Of a stretch of DNA of 64,000 nucleotides, positions 1 through 13,210 are shown piece after piece (within the stretch, counting starts at the first letter, position 1; every line of letters starts with the position of its first letter). A program made the position numbers and the translations under genes. The notes below the pieces were generated by a model. That model was not told the origin of the DNA, ran no database searches, and saw only the letters and a program-made list of their open reading frames with translations. The DNA comes from Eledone cirrhosa (Eukaryota), in NCBI GenBank assembly GCA_964016885.1, contig OZ024747.1, forward strand, positions 28,954,001 through 29,018,000, given 5' to 3'.

Positions 1-1303
1 TCTTGATAAAAAGCACCCAGTACACACTGTAAAGTGGTTGGCATTGGGAAAGGCATCCAGCCACAGAAAACAAGTCCAAAACAGAATGTATAAGCGAGAT
101 GTGGTCATTTGACCTATCTAACCTCAGAATATAGACAACCCATCTAGCTTATGCATGGAAAATATATGGTGAGGATGATATCATCATCATAATCATTAAC
201 ATCTATTTTCTCTGCTATAAATGATTGAAAGGTCTGTTCAATTGTGTCATTGACATGATGGTGCCACAATAAAATGCATCCAGTACCCTCCTGTAAAGTG
301 CTCTAATATATGTAAATAAGATGCAGGGCCTTGACTCATCTGAGTACTGACTTGGTCTTTGATGACTGGTCCAAACGATGCCAGCTTAGAAGAATGGGGA
401 TTAAATGATGATATTGTTTTATGCCTGTTTTCCATACTGGCATGGGTTAGATGGGTTATCTTTGCCTGTGATTAGACAGGCTGGAGCAACCTTATCTTGC
501 TTTTACATTTTATATTTCTCATAGTTTTTATGGCTAGATGTCCCTCCTAACACCAACTATCTTACAGAGTATACTGAGTGTGTTTTATCATGACACCAGC
601 GCTAGCGGTTGTCATTCAAGTTATACAATACATATGATTCTACTATATGTATGGTGTCACTCCTATCAGTAATTGTTTGTTTTGAACTCAATTACTTTCT
701 ATCTTTTACATTGGATTTCGTGTCAAACCCCAAAATTCATCATCAGTGCCAGATTGATGCTCTAAGTCACTTCTATGGGCACTCGTTCACTCATGAGGTG
801 AACTTATCCATGATGCAGTTGTGCCAGAGTCCTTCCGGAGATGTTGCAAATGGTGAGGTGAACAGATAAAAATGTGGATTGGCACAATCAAGTTGGATCT
901 TGAGTTAATATCTGATCCTCACATATTTGGTATCCATTGCTGGATGTGTGGCTGGCTAACAATATCTACATTGGATATCATTGGATATCTGTTGATAGCA
1001 CTGGTTGGAGTTGGGTTCAACCCATCCTGGGTGAACATTGGCACAAGTACATCTTTACATTGATCTGAGATATTTCTTTTCCTTCACATTGTTTATAATT
1101 GCTTTTTGTCTTCATTTCAGTCTGGCATGATACAATCCAAAATTAATCTTCAATTATTTTTTTCCTAAATATTGTAATTTTCTATAATTATTAACTCTGT
1201 CCAATCTTTTTGGATGCATCACAATAATTTTTAGTTTTGTTTTGAATTATCATAATATATTTAAATTTTTGTACTTTAGGAGTGGGGTGTTATGCTACCA
1301 GTT

Positions 1304-1341
<38 letters not shown>

Positions 1342-1609
1342 ATTGCTATTATAATATAATTTTAATTATAGCTGGTTAGTTGTCCCTATAAGGCAAAGCT
1401 GCCTTATAGGGACACCTCCCTCTATATATAGTGAGTGAATGTGAGAGATTTTGTTTTGTCAGTCAGCTTGCTAGAAATAGCAGTTGTATCTCCCTCTAAT
1501 CACATCCTATTTTATTAACCCTTTTGATACCAAACTGTTTAAAAACGTTTTATGTAAGAAAATTTGTTGAGTTTCTTTCCAAATCAAATCAACCAAATTC
1601 CCACAACTA

Positions 1610-2380
1610 GTGCAGCTTGATGTTGAGGTGCTACCCTAGATGCTTTCATAGTCAACTGTTGCCACTGATATCTATTTTCTGTCATGCATAGACGGGTCTT
1701 GGTATTGTGACTTGTCCAGTCTTTGATGTTGTCTGACAAGGATTTTCTTTGACTGCTTCTTCTTTGCCGACTCTTGACTGTGCTCTAATGATTGGTTTTA
1801 GATAGGGAGTCATGGCTGGATACATGACCAAACCATACCAACTTCCGTCTTTTCACCATTGCAAGAGGTGGTTCCTGTTTCCCAGCGTATTTGTTAACTT
1901 GTTGCCTGACAGAGTTGTTTGTTCTGTGCTCTACGTACAGGATGTGTAGCAACCTTCTGAAGATCGAATGCTTGCATTTTTCATTCCATCTCAGCTGTAA
2001 GAGTCCAACTCTCACACCAACACAGAATGATTGAAGTCACCAGGGGTTTATACAATTTGAGCCTCATTGGAAATGACAGAAGAGGCAAAGCCAAGTCTTG
2101 TCATTATCTCCTTTTGAGATCCACTGTACTTCTTTTGGGCCTGAATCCTGCTTGTTCTTCTGCTTTTCTCATAAGTCTTTTTAGAAGAACAGTTGCTAGG
2201 GTGGCTAATTAGGCTGATTGTTCTGTAGTTTTGGCAAAGTTTTATCCATGTCTCTTTGGCTTCCCTTATTTTCTTCATGACCTTCCTATTCACAACATTG
2301 TATTGCTGCATTGCCCCCTAACCCATTGGTCTTCCTCAAATCCCATCTCATAGGACCAAGATGTTTTCAGTGACCCATGT
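1610..2380 (-). mobile_element. Decayed RTE (BovB-like) LINE fragments
   Basis: Minus-strand frames retain RTE motifs across frameshifts and deletions: 'KKIREAKETWI..CQNYRTISLISHPS' and 'RRLLHILYVEHRTN..VKRRKLVWFGHVSSHDSLSKT'. Confidence 0.75.
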
Positions 2381-3317
2381 ATATATTGACCTAAAGATGT
2401 TCAGAGCATGCACCAACTGTATTAACATTAGTCTAGAAGACATTGTAAAGGTGATGGGCTCTGTCTCTCTGCTGCCTGACTAATATATAGAATGTTTGAA
2501 ATGAAGATAAATTGAACAGAAACAATAAATGAATTAATAAGTGAGCAAGTTATGAAAGTTGTCTAGTGTTTAATTTTATATTCATCTATATTGTCCATCA
2601 TCACTACATCTTGTCCTACATCACTGGCATTTCACCACTATCACAAGCACTACATCACCACCAGCTAGTTCTAAATAGATGCTATATCAGTATAACTTAC
2701 TATTGTGGAACTACACAATCAATTGAGATTTTGTTAGCTGGCAATGTTGATTACAACTTGCTCCAGCTAATATCTGATCTTCACATATAGGTGTCTACCA
2801 TTGAAATTGCAACTGACTAATGATATCTGACTGGATACCTGTCCACACAGTAAATACCTGTCAATGCAGCGGATAACTGATAGTTGTCCACATACAATGG
2901 ATACCTGTCCACGCATAGTTCACCTATAATCATCTCTCATTTATGTATTGGGGTGGAGGCAACACATGTGAGGAAGGGCAAAAGAATACATGAATTTGTA
3001 TATGCGTTTATCTGTGTGCCTGTGTTTATATTTCTGTTTGAGTGTATGTCTGTTTATATTTCTGTATATCTGTGTTTGTGTCTATGTAGTCAGAACATAG
3101 GAGAGGGTAAAAATGAAATATTGCAAACATATGACATTAACAGGTGTTGTAATGATTAGTAATTACATCACCTTTTAATGAGGTGTAACTAATTAATCTC
3201 TCTCAGCATAATTTTATATTGGCTAGATACTATCTCAGTGATAAATATTCCTAAATATCATTTTTGTTTCTTGTCCTTTTCAGATCAAAGTGTATTATTA
3301 CGGTCTGATGTATGGTC

Positions 3318-3690
3318 TGGCAGTATCGGTAGAGGGTTTGACGCAGAGTTACGGCCCTTTCCATTCTGAGCTCAAATCTCGCTGAGGTTAACTTAGCCTT
3401 TCATCCCTATGGGGTCGATAAAACAAAGTACCAGTAATGCACTGGGATAATTGCTGGCCTTGTGCCAAAAGTAGAAACAATTATTATTATTTAATTGGGG
3501 ATTGGCAGTATCGGTAGAGGGTCGGATGCTATGCTTTGCAGCATAGTTACGACCCTTTACAGTCTGAATACAAATCCCATCGAGGTTAACCGGTAAAATA
3601 AAGTACCAGTCACGCACTGGAGTCGATTTAATCAACTTTCCCTTCTTCCCAAATTGCTGGCCTTGTGCCTATATAAGAAACCATTATTTT
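3318..3690 (+). mobile_element. Two tandem copies of tRNA-derived SINE family A
   Basis: Head ggcagtatcggtagag, B-box-like gagttcaaatcc, core gcctttcatccttacggggtcgataaaataaagtaccag, tail gccttgtgccaaaagtagaaac(att)n. More than 15 copies occur in the window. Confidence 0.85.
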
Positions 3691-4539
3691 GCAAGTACGT
3701 TAGCTTATTGTAAGCTACTACAATGAAGTTGTGACTGACTAGCAGGTTTAAATGACAACACTCTTACAACTCCCGTCAGAAATTAAGGGGCCATGGTGTG
3801 CTATAATAAGCATAGTTAAAGCTGACATCTCTCTATAAGCCATAAACATATATAGCTTATAAGGCATGTAAAACCTGTGAGGTGTTTTAAGAAAAAAATG
3901 TGTTAATACTTTGCCTAGAGCATGAGTGTTGTGAGTTACCCTATTTATAGGGATTTCTGGCACGACAAGGAAAAATAGCCTTAATCTGTAATACATTTAT
4001 TTTCTTTCTGTAACAACTCTCTCCCTTTTGTAACATCACATGGATATACCAAAAATACCTTATTTATGACTATTTATTGAGTAAATAATGAATGTTGATG
4101 GTTGAGTTGGTAAGGTGCCAAATAGCCAGTCAGTGATTCATCTATCACTGTGGTGACCAACATACTTAACTGTCAGAGAGCTCAGTCTACTTAATGTAAC
4201 TAGGTACTGCATGGTAGGCAGCAACAAGGCTGTAAAATAGATTGAGCATTGTAAACCTGAGAGAACATTGGGTCTAACATATGTTTTGTTAGCTGGCTGG
4301 TAGTGATTTAACAGATTTGGTAGAATGTTGGACTAAATAATTTTGTTCCAGCTCTCTGCATGTTCTTTTTAATGACTATAATGAATGTTTAGAGGGTGGC
4401 AATTTAGTAGTCATTAGAATGTTTTGTCGTATTCTTTTTTGTGTTGAGAGTTTAAATTGCATCAAAGTCAACTTTTACCTTTCATCCCTTCGAGGTCAAT
4501 AAAGTACCAGTGTTGTACCGGGGCTAGTGCTTCCTTTAT

Positions 4540-4810
4540 CTCTATCGCTCAGTTCTCTCCAGCAGTCTCTGTCCCTCATCATTGCCGCCATGCCCTGTGT
4601 CTCCCAGAGACCAGTGTCTGTCCTTAGGGCATCAATATATGTCATCATCGGTGTCCGTCTTCTAGTGTGTCCTTATTGGAACTCTCACAGGACCACTGAA
4701 TGCAGTGTCAACTCTAATGTCGGTGAGCATGTCCAACTAACCTCAGTCTCCTTTGTGTCACTTTTGAGCTGACATTTGGGAGGCTCCTGTATAGTTCTTC
4801 ATCCCCAATG
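4540..4810 (-). mobile_element. Decayed RTE-type LINE 3' coding fragment
   Basis: Minus strand reads 'ELYRSLPNVSSKVTQRRLRLVGHAHRH...TYIDALRTDTGL', a typical RTE ORF C-terminus. Confidence 0.65.
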
Positions 4811-4861
4811 CATACTGATCAATGTGTGTGTGTATGTATGTATGTATGTATATATATATAT

Positions 4862-5160
4862 TGGGAGTGAAGGACCCCTAGCCTTTGTCAGGGCATTCTT
4901 CTAGGAGAAGGCAACTCGGGAAACTGGGATAACTCCGATATAAAACCTGCGGCTCAGTAGTAACCGATGATGTTGATCTTTTCTTCTTTTCGGGTTATAG
5001 CTACAGTTGCTCAGAGAGTGGAATTGGGTTCAGTGCACAGTCTATCCTCACTTTAAAAAATATCTTCATGCACAGGCATTGCATGATAGAATTAATTAAT
5101 AATTATTAATAATGGTATATTATGCAATGGCCATACTCGATAACGAGGGGGCAGCCATTA
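4862..5160. mobile_element. Probable RTE 5'-UTR-like repeat fragment
   Basis: Contains gggcattcttctaggagaaggcaactc, resembling a motif I recall from invertebrate RTE 5' regions. GC-richer than its flanks and bounded by (TA)n. Confidence 0.35.
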
Positions 5161-5162
5161 TA

Positions 5163-5216
<54 letters not shown>

Positions 5217-5217
<1 letters not shown>

Positions 5218-5408
5218 CATCATCATCATCATCAGGTTTAGCGTCCGTGTTCCACGCTTGCATGGGTTTGGACGGGGGTTTTCCCACTTGAGGCAAGAGT
5301 GGTTGTCTTGCTCGCATAGGACTGTCTGGCGGGTTTTCTACAGCTGGATGCCCTTCCTAACACCAACCACATTTACAGTGTGGGGCTGGGAGGTTTTTGC
5401 CGTGTTGC

Positions 5409-5411
<3 letters not shown>
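5217..5411 (-). mobile_element. Short copy of the 3' end of the RTE element at 9961-12484
   Basis: Nearly identical to 9962-10149, with a (CAT)n tail, and inserted in (TG)n/(TA)n. Confidence 0.85.
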
Positions 5412-5439
<28 letters not shown>

Positions 5440-5672
5440 AATGTATGTGTGTGTATGTATATATATATATAAATGTGTGTGTGTGTGTGTGTATATATAT
5501 ATAGTGTCCTAGCACGTAAGTGGAAGTTTTACTTATTGCCATCATTGTATTACTGTTAACCTTTTTGATATCAAATTGATTGTAACTGACCCTGGTTCTA
5601 CAATACATGACTGCATTACTAAGATAACTTAATGTTTGGTTCTTATATAAAATTATGCTGGAAGAGTTTTAT

Positions 5673-5898
5673 TTAACCCTTTAACATTTAAACCGGCCAT
5701 ATCCAACCAGAATTCTCTCACCTCTTTCTGTTCAAACTGGTCGTAACTGGCCACTCATACTGATGTGAAGGTATTATCAAAATAAATAATATCAAAATCT
5801 CATAGATTCGATAATATGTGAGATTATTATGTAAGGTAAAGCTTCTACTGTGAAAATACAATAGTATGTATAGAGTAATGTAAATACTAAAGGGTTAA
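5673..5898. mobile_element. piggyBac-like MITE (TTAA-CCC...GGG-TTAA)
   Basis: Terminal inverted repeat ttaaccctttaacattta ... taaatactaaagggttaa. Related copies at 9194-9399, 17985-18186 and 21596-21815. Confidence 0.7.
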
Positions 5899-6984
5899 AT
5901 TGGAAACCTTTAAAAAGGGTGGTTTTGTTTCATAGAACCGGAGCCATAATTTTGAATAAGCACCTTTAAGTTATTTTCCAAACATTAGATACAAAATGAG
6001 TAAGTTAGTTATAGTTCCTTCAAATTCTGGATTATTAAAAAAAATTGAGAATCATAGATAGCTTTTGTCATTAAATATATGGTAATGAAAGGCTTACAGT
6101 ATTTATATTTATCTAGAAACCTATCATAATTTTATGTAAGAACCTCTGTTAAGTTATGTTCCAAACATCAGCTTAATAATGAGAAAGTTAGTTATATTAT
6201 TAAATCCCTCCAAATTCTTGATTATTTTCAATATTATTTGAAAATGATAGGCAGTGTCTGTCATTAGAAATATGGTAACAAAGGGGTTAAAGTTAGTGTG
6301 TCAGTGACTTTTCTGTCTGTATTCTCAATAGACTGAAATAACAAGTTTTTTAAAGCTAGGAAATGTGAACATGTGGGAGGTAGTTGGCAGGATTAAAAGG
6401 GTATGAAAGAGTGAAAGGGTAGATATAATGAGAGCACTAGGGTGGGATTCAAGTTAGAAATTACTGGAACATTTTCTTAAAACTCCTTAATTTTTGATAG
6501 TGAGAAAGAGAGAGAGATAGATTGTTATTTATTATGAGTTCAAATCCCGCCGAGGTTGACTTTGCTTTTCATCCTTACGGGGTCGATAAAATAAAGTACC
6601 AGTAATGCACTGAGTAATTGCTGGCCTTGTGCCTAAAGTAGAAACAGTTATTTAATATGGGAACAAGATCCTACAACTGGTTATGAGGAAGCTGGTTTTT
6701 CAATGTAGGTTCAAGAAATAGGTTGATGGTGGGGATGGTTTAAGGTTGCTGTTGTTTGTGGTGGTGGTGACAGCAGGCAAGAGCAGGTTTGAAATAAAAA
6801 AGAACTGAAAACAATGTTAGATGGAGGCGTGGGGCTATGTAGTTATATAATAAACAGCAGACACTGTTACCATGTGGCAGCGGCAGGGAGTGGAGCCGAA
6901 TTTATTGGCATCATCTCAGAACAAGAGAGGCTTTGATGGTTTGGTACTGAAACTACTGGAGGGCCTGACTCCTCTCATGAAAGG

Positions 6985-7455
6985 TGGACATGGTGATGAG
7001 TAAACATGATGGGGATAGTGAGTGTTGATGATGATGATGGTAATGTTAAGTGAACATGGTGGCTGTGATGGTGACGGTTAGGATTGATGGCTGGGATGAT
7101 GATAACTTATGGTTATAAGTGAATATGGTGATTATGGTGGTATTGGTGATGAGTGGGCATTGTGGCTATGATGGTGGTAGTGATTATGATGTGTGGGCAG
7201 GGTGACTGATGGTGATGGGTGGGTATAGAGGCTAATGATGGGTGGGCAGGGTGATGGTAATAGGTGAATATAGTGGCTGATGATGAGTGGGCAGAGTGAC
7301 TGTGATGGTGATGGGTGACATAGTGGCTAATGATGGTGGTAGTGATTATTATGGGTGAGCAGGGTAACTGTGATGGTGGTAGTGATTATTATGGGTGGGC
7401 GGGGTGATGGGTGACATAGTGGCTAATGATGGTGGTAGTGATAAAGGTAACTGTG
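6985..7455. repeat. Degenerate GGT/GAT-rich tandem repeat
   Basis: Recurring units such as gatggtggtagtgattat and catagtggctaatgatg. Confidence 0.8.
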
Positions 7456-8069
7456 GCATTTTAATTTGAAGATGGGACTTACAAATTAATAAGTAATCGT
7501 GAATGACATTTGTCTGGTTTAGTGGCAAAGTGTGTGAGAGATGGTTTTATATGTGTGTTTGTGTAAACAAGAGATGGGGGACAATATAACAGATATTTTA
7601 TTGTCTTTACCATTCCATGTCTATAAATTGAAGAACAGGAGGTTGTATGCCAGAACTTTTTTGGATACAGGATAATCTCTTCTTTATCCCATTCTTCCTG
7701 GCTAAATATTTTTTTCCCTTTTAATGTAATTTTTTAATCAGATTTTAACATCATTAAAACACTCAAGAAACCTCCAATGAGATGCTACTACATACAAATC
7801 CTGTTAAACCTATACAGGTGTGAGCTGTAATAATAACATGAGAGGACTAGGGCCTTTATCATTAAAACATCTGAGAAGCCTATAAGATACAACCTAGTAG
7901 GAGGCTAGCTAAACCTGCATGTGTGAGCTGTAATAACAATATGAATGGACTGATGTTTCCTGTCTAATTTTTCATTTCTCTGATGGTAACTTCTACTTTA
8001 GCTCAATAATATAGATTCCATCTCACCATTACTTGCAGATTTACTGAAACACTTCCCCACCCCCTTTAA

Positions 8070-8366
8070 TATATGTATGTATGTGTATATATATATATGT
8101 ATGTGTATATATATATGTGTATTTATTTATATATATATATGTATATATATATGTGTGTATTTATTTATTTATATCTATATATGTGTATTTATATTTATAT
8201 ATATATATATATGTGTATTTATTTATATATATATGTTTATGTATATATTTATGTGTATATGTGTATTTATATATATGTATTTATGTATATATTTATGTGT
8301 GTATATGTGTATGTATGTATGTATATATAAATATGATACATATGTGCATATATAAATGTGTGTGTG

Positions 8367-8405
<39 letters not shown>
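8070..8405. repeat. (TA)n/(TG)n compound microsatellite
   Basis: Seen directly; it produces the spurious Y/I/C/V-rich ORFs. Confidence 0.95.
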
Positions 8406-8407
<2 letters not shown>

Positions 8408-8898
8408 TCACCACTACCATTTAATGTCCATTTTTTCAACAGTAGCATTGTGAGACAAGTCAGATCATGTGACTGTCTTGCTCACACAGAACTGATTTTG
8501 GGTTGGTTTTTACAGCTGGATGCTCTTCCTAACACCAACAACATTTACAGTGTGAACTGCGTGCCTTTTGTCATGTCACTAACATGTGATGTGTATGTGT
8601 GTATGTCTGTGTGTGTGCGTATTGTCATCATTATTGTTTAACATGCCAAGGTTAACTTTGCCTTTCATCCTTACAGGGTCGATAAAATAAAGTACCAGTA
8701 ATGCACTGGGATAATTGCTGGCCTTGTGCCAAAAGTAGAAACCATTATTGTTTAACATGCATTTTTCACGCTAGGATAGGTTAGACGGTTTGTCTCTTTA
8801 GAGGCAAGTTGGGTGACCATGTCTTTGTGGCTGGGTGCCCTTCCTAACGCCGACCACATTTACAATGTGGGCTGGGTGCTTTTTGTTGTGACACCAAG

Positions 8899-8932
<34 letters not shown>

Positions 8933-9193
8933 TATAGATACATATACACAGAGACGGAAAAACGTTGATGATGATATACAGTATATATATGTATATGTAT
9001 ATATATTCTGTATATCATCATCATCGTTTTTTTGTATATGTATGTGTGTATGTATCTATATGTGTGTGTATATATATATATATCATTTAATGTCCTCTTT
9101 CCCTTAGTAGCAAGGAAAAGTGGGCATTAAACAATGATGATGAATAAATATATATCTATGTATGTAAACGATGATGACGAATCTGTATTTCTC

Positions 9194-9399
9194 TTAGCCA
9201 TTTAACATTTACATTATTCTATATTTACTATTGTATTTTCACGGTAAAGGCTTTATCTCACATAATATTGAATCTATGAGATTTTGATACTCTTTATTTT
9301 GAGAACAATAACTTAAAATAAGTATGAGTGGCCAGTTTGGACAGAAAGGAGTGAGAGAATTCTGGCCGGATACAGCCAGTTTAAATGCTAAAGGGTTAA
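9194..9399. mobile_element. piggyBac-like MITE copy
   Basis: Same internal sequence as 5673-5898 in the opposite orientation; ends taaatgctaaagggttaa. Confidence 0.7.
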
Positions 9400-9922
9400 A
9401 TACGGTCATCTGTTCTAGCGAATGCAGAGAAGTTGTTATGTCTTTTGACACAAACTACAGGGTCCTCCCAATCCCTTGTTCGGCAAGCTTTCTACAGCTT
9501 AATCCCTTTCCCAACACCAACCACTTTACAATGTGTACTGGGTGCTTTTATCGTGTAGATTACCAGCACTAGAGTGGTTGTCATGTCCTTGATACAACTA
9601 AGGGGTCCTTCTAACCCTTTGTTTGGCAATCTTTCTATGGCTCGATACCTATCTTATCATCCACCATTTTACACTGAGTACTGGATCTTGTAGATCACCA
9701 ATACCAGAGAGGTTGTCATGTATATATATCATCATCATCATCGTTTAACATCCATCTTCAATGTTAGCATGGGTAGGAGGAGCTGTTCCTTTGTGAGGGA
9801 TCAGGTCAAGGGACTGATTCACTCACACAGAATTGATTTGGTTTGGTTTCTACAGCTGGATGCCCTTCCTAACACCAACTCTATATATATTTATATATAT
9901 TTATATATATATATATATTGAT

Positions 9923-9958
<36 letters not shown>

Positions 9959-9960
9959 AT

Positions 9961-12484
9961 TCATCATCATCATCGTTTAACGTCCGTGTTCCACGCTTGC
10001 ATGGGTTTGGATGGGGGTTTTCCCACTTGAGGCAAGAGTGATTGTCTTGCTCGCATAGGACTGTCTGGCGGGTTTTCTACAGCTGGATGCCCTTCCTAAC
10101 ACCAACCACATTTACAGTGTGGGGCTGGGAGGTTTTTACCGTGTTGCCTACTGTGTGTTTTTTTTGTCGTGACACCTACACAATCTCATTTGTTTCGGCC
10201 TGGATGTTGTGGCACCAACATAACTTTACATTGAAAGGGGCGGTGTGGATGGGGTGGGGGTGGTGGGACGGGGGGGGGGTGTATTTTGTTAGAGATGCCT
10301 ACTGACTGTAGTAGGTTTTACTTTGTATTTAGGTAAGGCGGGTCTTCTCTATTACTGAGTACCGCCAAAGGTCTCGGTCCAGTGACATTGTCTTGGAGAG
10401 GTGTAAGTGTGTGAGGTCGGAATTTATCAGCTCGTCCCAGGTTTTTCTGGGTCTGCCTACTCCGTAGCTACCGTCTATCTTTATTGCCATGCACTTTGTT
10501 ATACAGCTGTCGTCTTTCATGCGCATCACGTGACCATACCAACGTAGCCTTCTCTCGAGTAAACAACATCTGATCCCTCTTATTTCTAATTTTTTCCTGA
10601 GTTCGCTTATGCTTTGCCGTTCACGTATGTTACTATTACACATCCAGCAGAGCATGCAAGCTTCGTTCCTCTCTAGTCTGCGTATATCCTCTGCACACAA
10701 TGCCCAGGTCTCACTGCCATGCAACATTGCTGTTCGTATGCAGGCATCATACAACCTGCCTTTCATTTTTAGGGAGAACCCTTTAGTGGCTAATAGTGGT
10801 ATAAGCTCTCTGAACTTTTTCCATCCAGTTCTGACTCTAGCTACTGTACTTTCAGAGCACCCTCCCCCACTGCTGATTTTGTCACCCAGGTAACGGAAGC
10901 TGTCCACTATTTCTATAGAACCCTCTGCGCAATTGAAAGAGCTAGTATTTGTGGGCACTTGCTGCTACTTATTGCACCAGAGCACCGGCCACATGTAAAA
11001 TCTATGTTCTTAGTTAGCTTACCTGTGATCCCACTACATCTTTTATGCACCCATACTTTGCATTTGGGACATAAAATGGAGTTTCTAGCTACGCCTTTCC
11101 TACACACTGAGCATGGCCATTTCCCGGAAGGGACCGTCGCCTTATTTTCTTTCCTACAAACTAGAACTTTAGTCTTAGCCAGGTTAATTTTACGCCCTTT
11201 TGATTCTAGGCCATGCTTCCATGTTTGGAATTTCTTCTCTAGCTCGGCCATTGATTCAGCTATGAGCGTTAGATCATCTGCGTATAGGAGTTCCCATGGA
11301 CAGCCAGTCTTGAACTCCACTGTTATAGCCTGAAGGGCAATAATAAATAGTAGGGGGCTAAGAACAGAGCCCTGATGTACACCAACTTTTACACTAAACT
11401 CTTCACTATATTCGTTGTTAATTCTAACCTTGCTGACTGTTTCTTTATACATGGCTTGTATAGCTCTCACAAGCCATTCGTCAACACCTAGTTTTCTAAG
11501 AGCCCACCAGATAATGGAACGGGGGACTCTGTCGAAGGCTTTCTCCAAGTCAACAAAAGCTAAGTATAGGGGTTTACTTTTAGCTAGGTACTTCTCCTGT
11601 AGTTGTCGTACAATGAAAAGAGCGTCTGTGGTACTTTTGCCTGACATAAAACCGAACTGCATTTCATCTAGATCAATTCTCTCTCTGATTAGTTGCGCTA
11701 TAACTTTTTCCGTGACCTTCATGACCTTCATGCCTCTATAGTTACTCCTATCTAGGGCATCTCCTTTACCCTTGTAACAGTTAATGATGATGCTGCTACG
11801 CCAGTCCTTCGGAACAACCCCATTCTGTATGACTTGGTTTACTATCCGGGTGACCATGGTGTGTCCCACCGTTCCAGAGGCTTTCAGTATCTCAGCAACT
11901 ATTTCCGAAGGCCCAGCCACCTTACCCATCTTCATATCTTTGATTGCCTTACTTATTAAACTTCCTTCGACTAACACTGCCAGTCCCTCTATTGGGTCGA
12001 TGTGGGGGAGACTGTCTTTCTCCCATTTATTCTCCTCATTTAGAAGCCTTTCGTAGTGACACTTCCAAGCTACCTTCTTATCAGCGTCAGTGATGGCAAG
12101 TACACCATCATCATTAAGTACACACTTCTCCCCAACAATATCATGGTTTTCCTTGACACATTGCCTAGCAATCCTGAACACCTCACGTTTTTGGTCCTCA
12201 TGTTGTAGAACATGCTTGAACTTTCTTTCCTCTGCTTCTCTACTTGCGAAGTACACTTGTCTCCTAGCTTCCCTCCTGGCCACTTGATAGTCTTCTCTAC
12301 TTCCCCCATCCCGCCATACTTTCCAAGCCTGCTTTTTGGCCTTAATTGACTCCTCCACCTTACTGTTCCACCACCATGTTACTCTCCTCCTACCTACAGG
12401 CCTGCTCCAGCCACAGACTTCGTCTGCCGCCGTCAGCAGGTTTGCTTTCAGGAATTCCCACTGTTCCTCTATATTATCTGACTC
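9961..12484 (-). mobile_element. 5'-truncated RTE LINE (RT + PHD finger), frameshifted near 10940
   Basis: ORFs 10913-12358 and 10329-10958 carry RT motifs (FVDLEKAFD, GVHQGSVLSP, YADD), a C4HC3 finger and the RTE C-terminus RRLRWYGHVMRM. It has a (CAT)n tail at 9962 and (TA)n-ttgat at both flanks. No endonuclease domain is present. Confidence 0.95.
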
Positions 12485-12499
12485 TATATATATATATAT

Positions 12500-12533
<34 letters not shown>

Positions 12534-12550
12534 ATATATATATATATTTA

Positions 12551-12587
<37 letters not shown>

Positions 12588-13011
12588 ATATTTATTTATT
12601 TGTGTGCTTGTGTGTATATGTGTATGTGTGCATGTGATTTTAAAAGTTAATCTTTATTTTCATGCAACATTTATCTTATTGGAATAATTGCAGCTAATAA
12701 TATGAAGAGTTCAGACAAATCTGCTTCTCTACATTGACATTTGTGTATGTGGCCTTCTTTCCTTTTGCTTTTTTCTTTGCGCATTTTTTCTTTGCGCTTT
12801 TTTTTTGCGCATTTTATTTTTTGGGCAGACCAAACTTTGTTATTTGGCCAACAATTTCCCTCTGCAACTGCCCATATTTTCCTTACAGCCATCACGTTAC
12901 TACAAACTAGTTGGTAGAATGGTACAACTGAACTGACACAAGATATTTAGTCTAACACTCGATTGTTTCTGTTATCCCATCACCTTATTGAATAATAATG
13001 GTAAATGCAAG

Positions 13012-13210
13012 CATGGTTGAGTGGTTAAGATATTGGCTTTGCAATTATGAGGTCCGTGTTTCAATCCCACCATATGACATCTTGGGCAAGTATCTACCAT
13101 ATCCTCATGTTGGCCCCCAAGCCTTGTGAGTTAAATTTGAGAGATGGAAATTGTTTGGATGTCTGTTGAATGGGCTGGACCTGTAATTTTTCAGAAGTCC
13201 CTCCATGTCA
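13012..13210 (+). mobile_element. tRNA-derived SINE family B
   Basis: A-box tggttgagtggttaag, B-box gtttcaatccc, body cttgggcaag...aagccttgtgagt...gatggaaa. Homologous to 30833-31150, 36790-37120 and 52100-52440 (-). Confidence 0.75.

Noticed and set aside
700-1140. Coding-like sequence, possibly a decayed transposase
   Set aside because: Multiple stops and no motif I could assign with confidence.
8073-8641. Long Y/I/C/V-rich ORFs (also 5120-5608, 26451-26856, 31511-32254)
   Set aside because: Translations of (TA)n/(TG)n microsatellites and the minisatellite.
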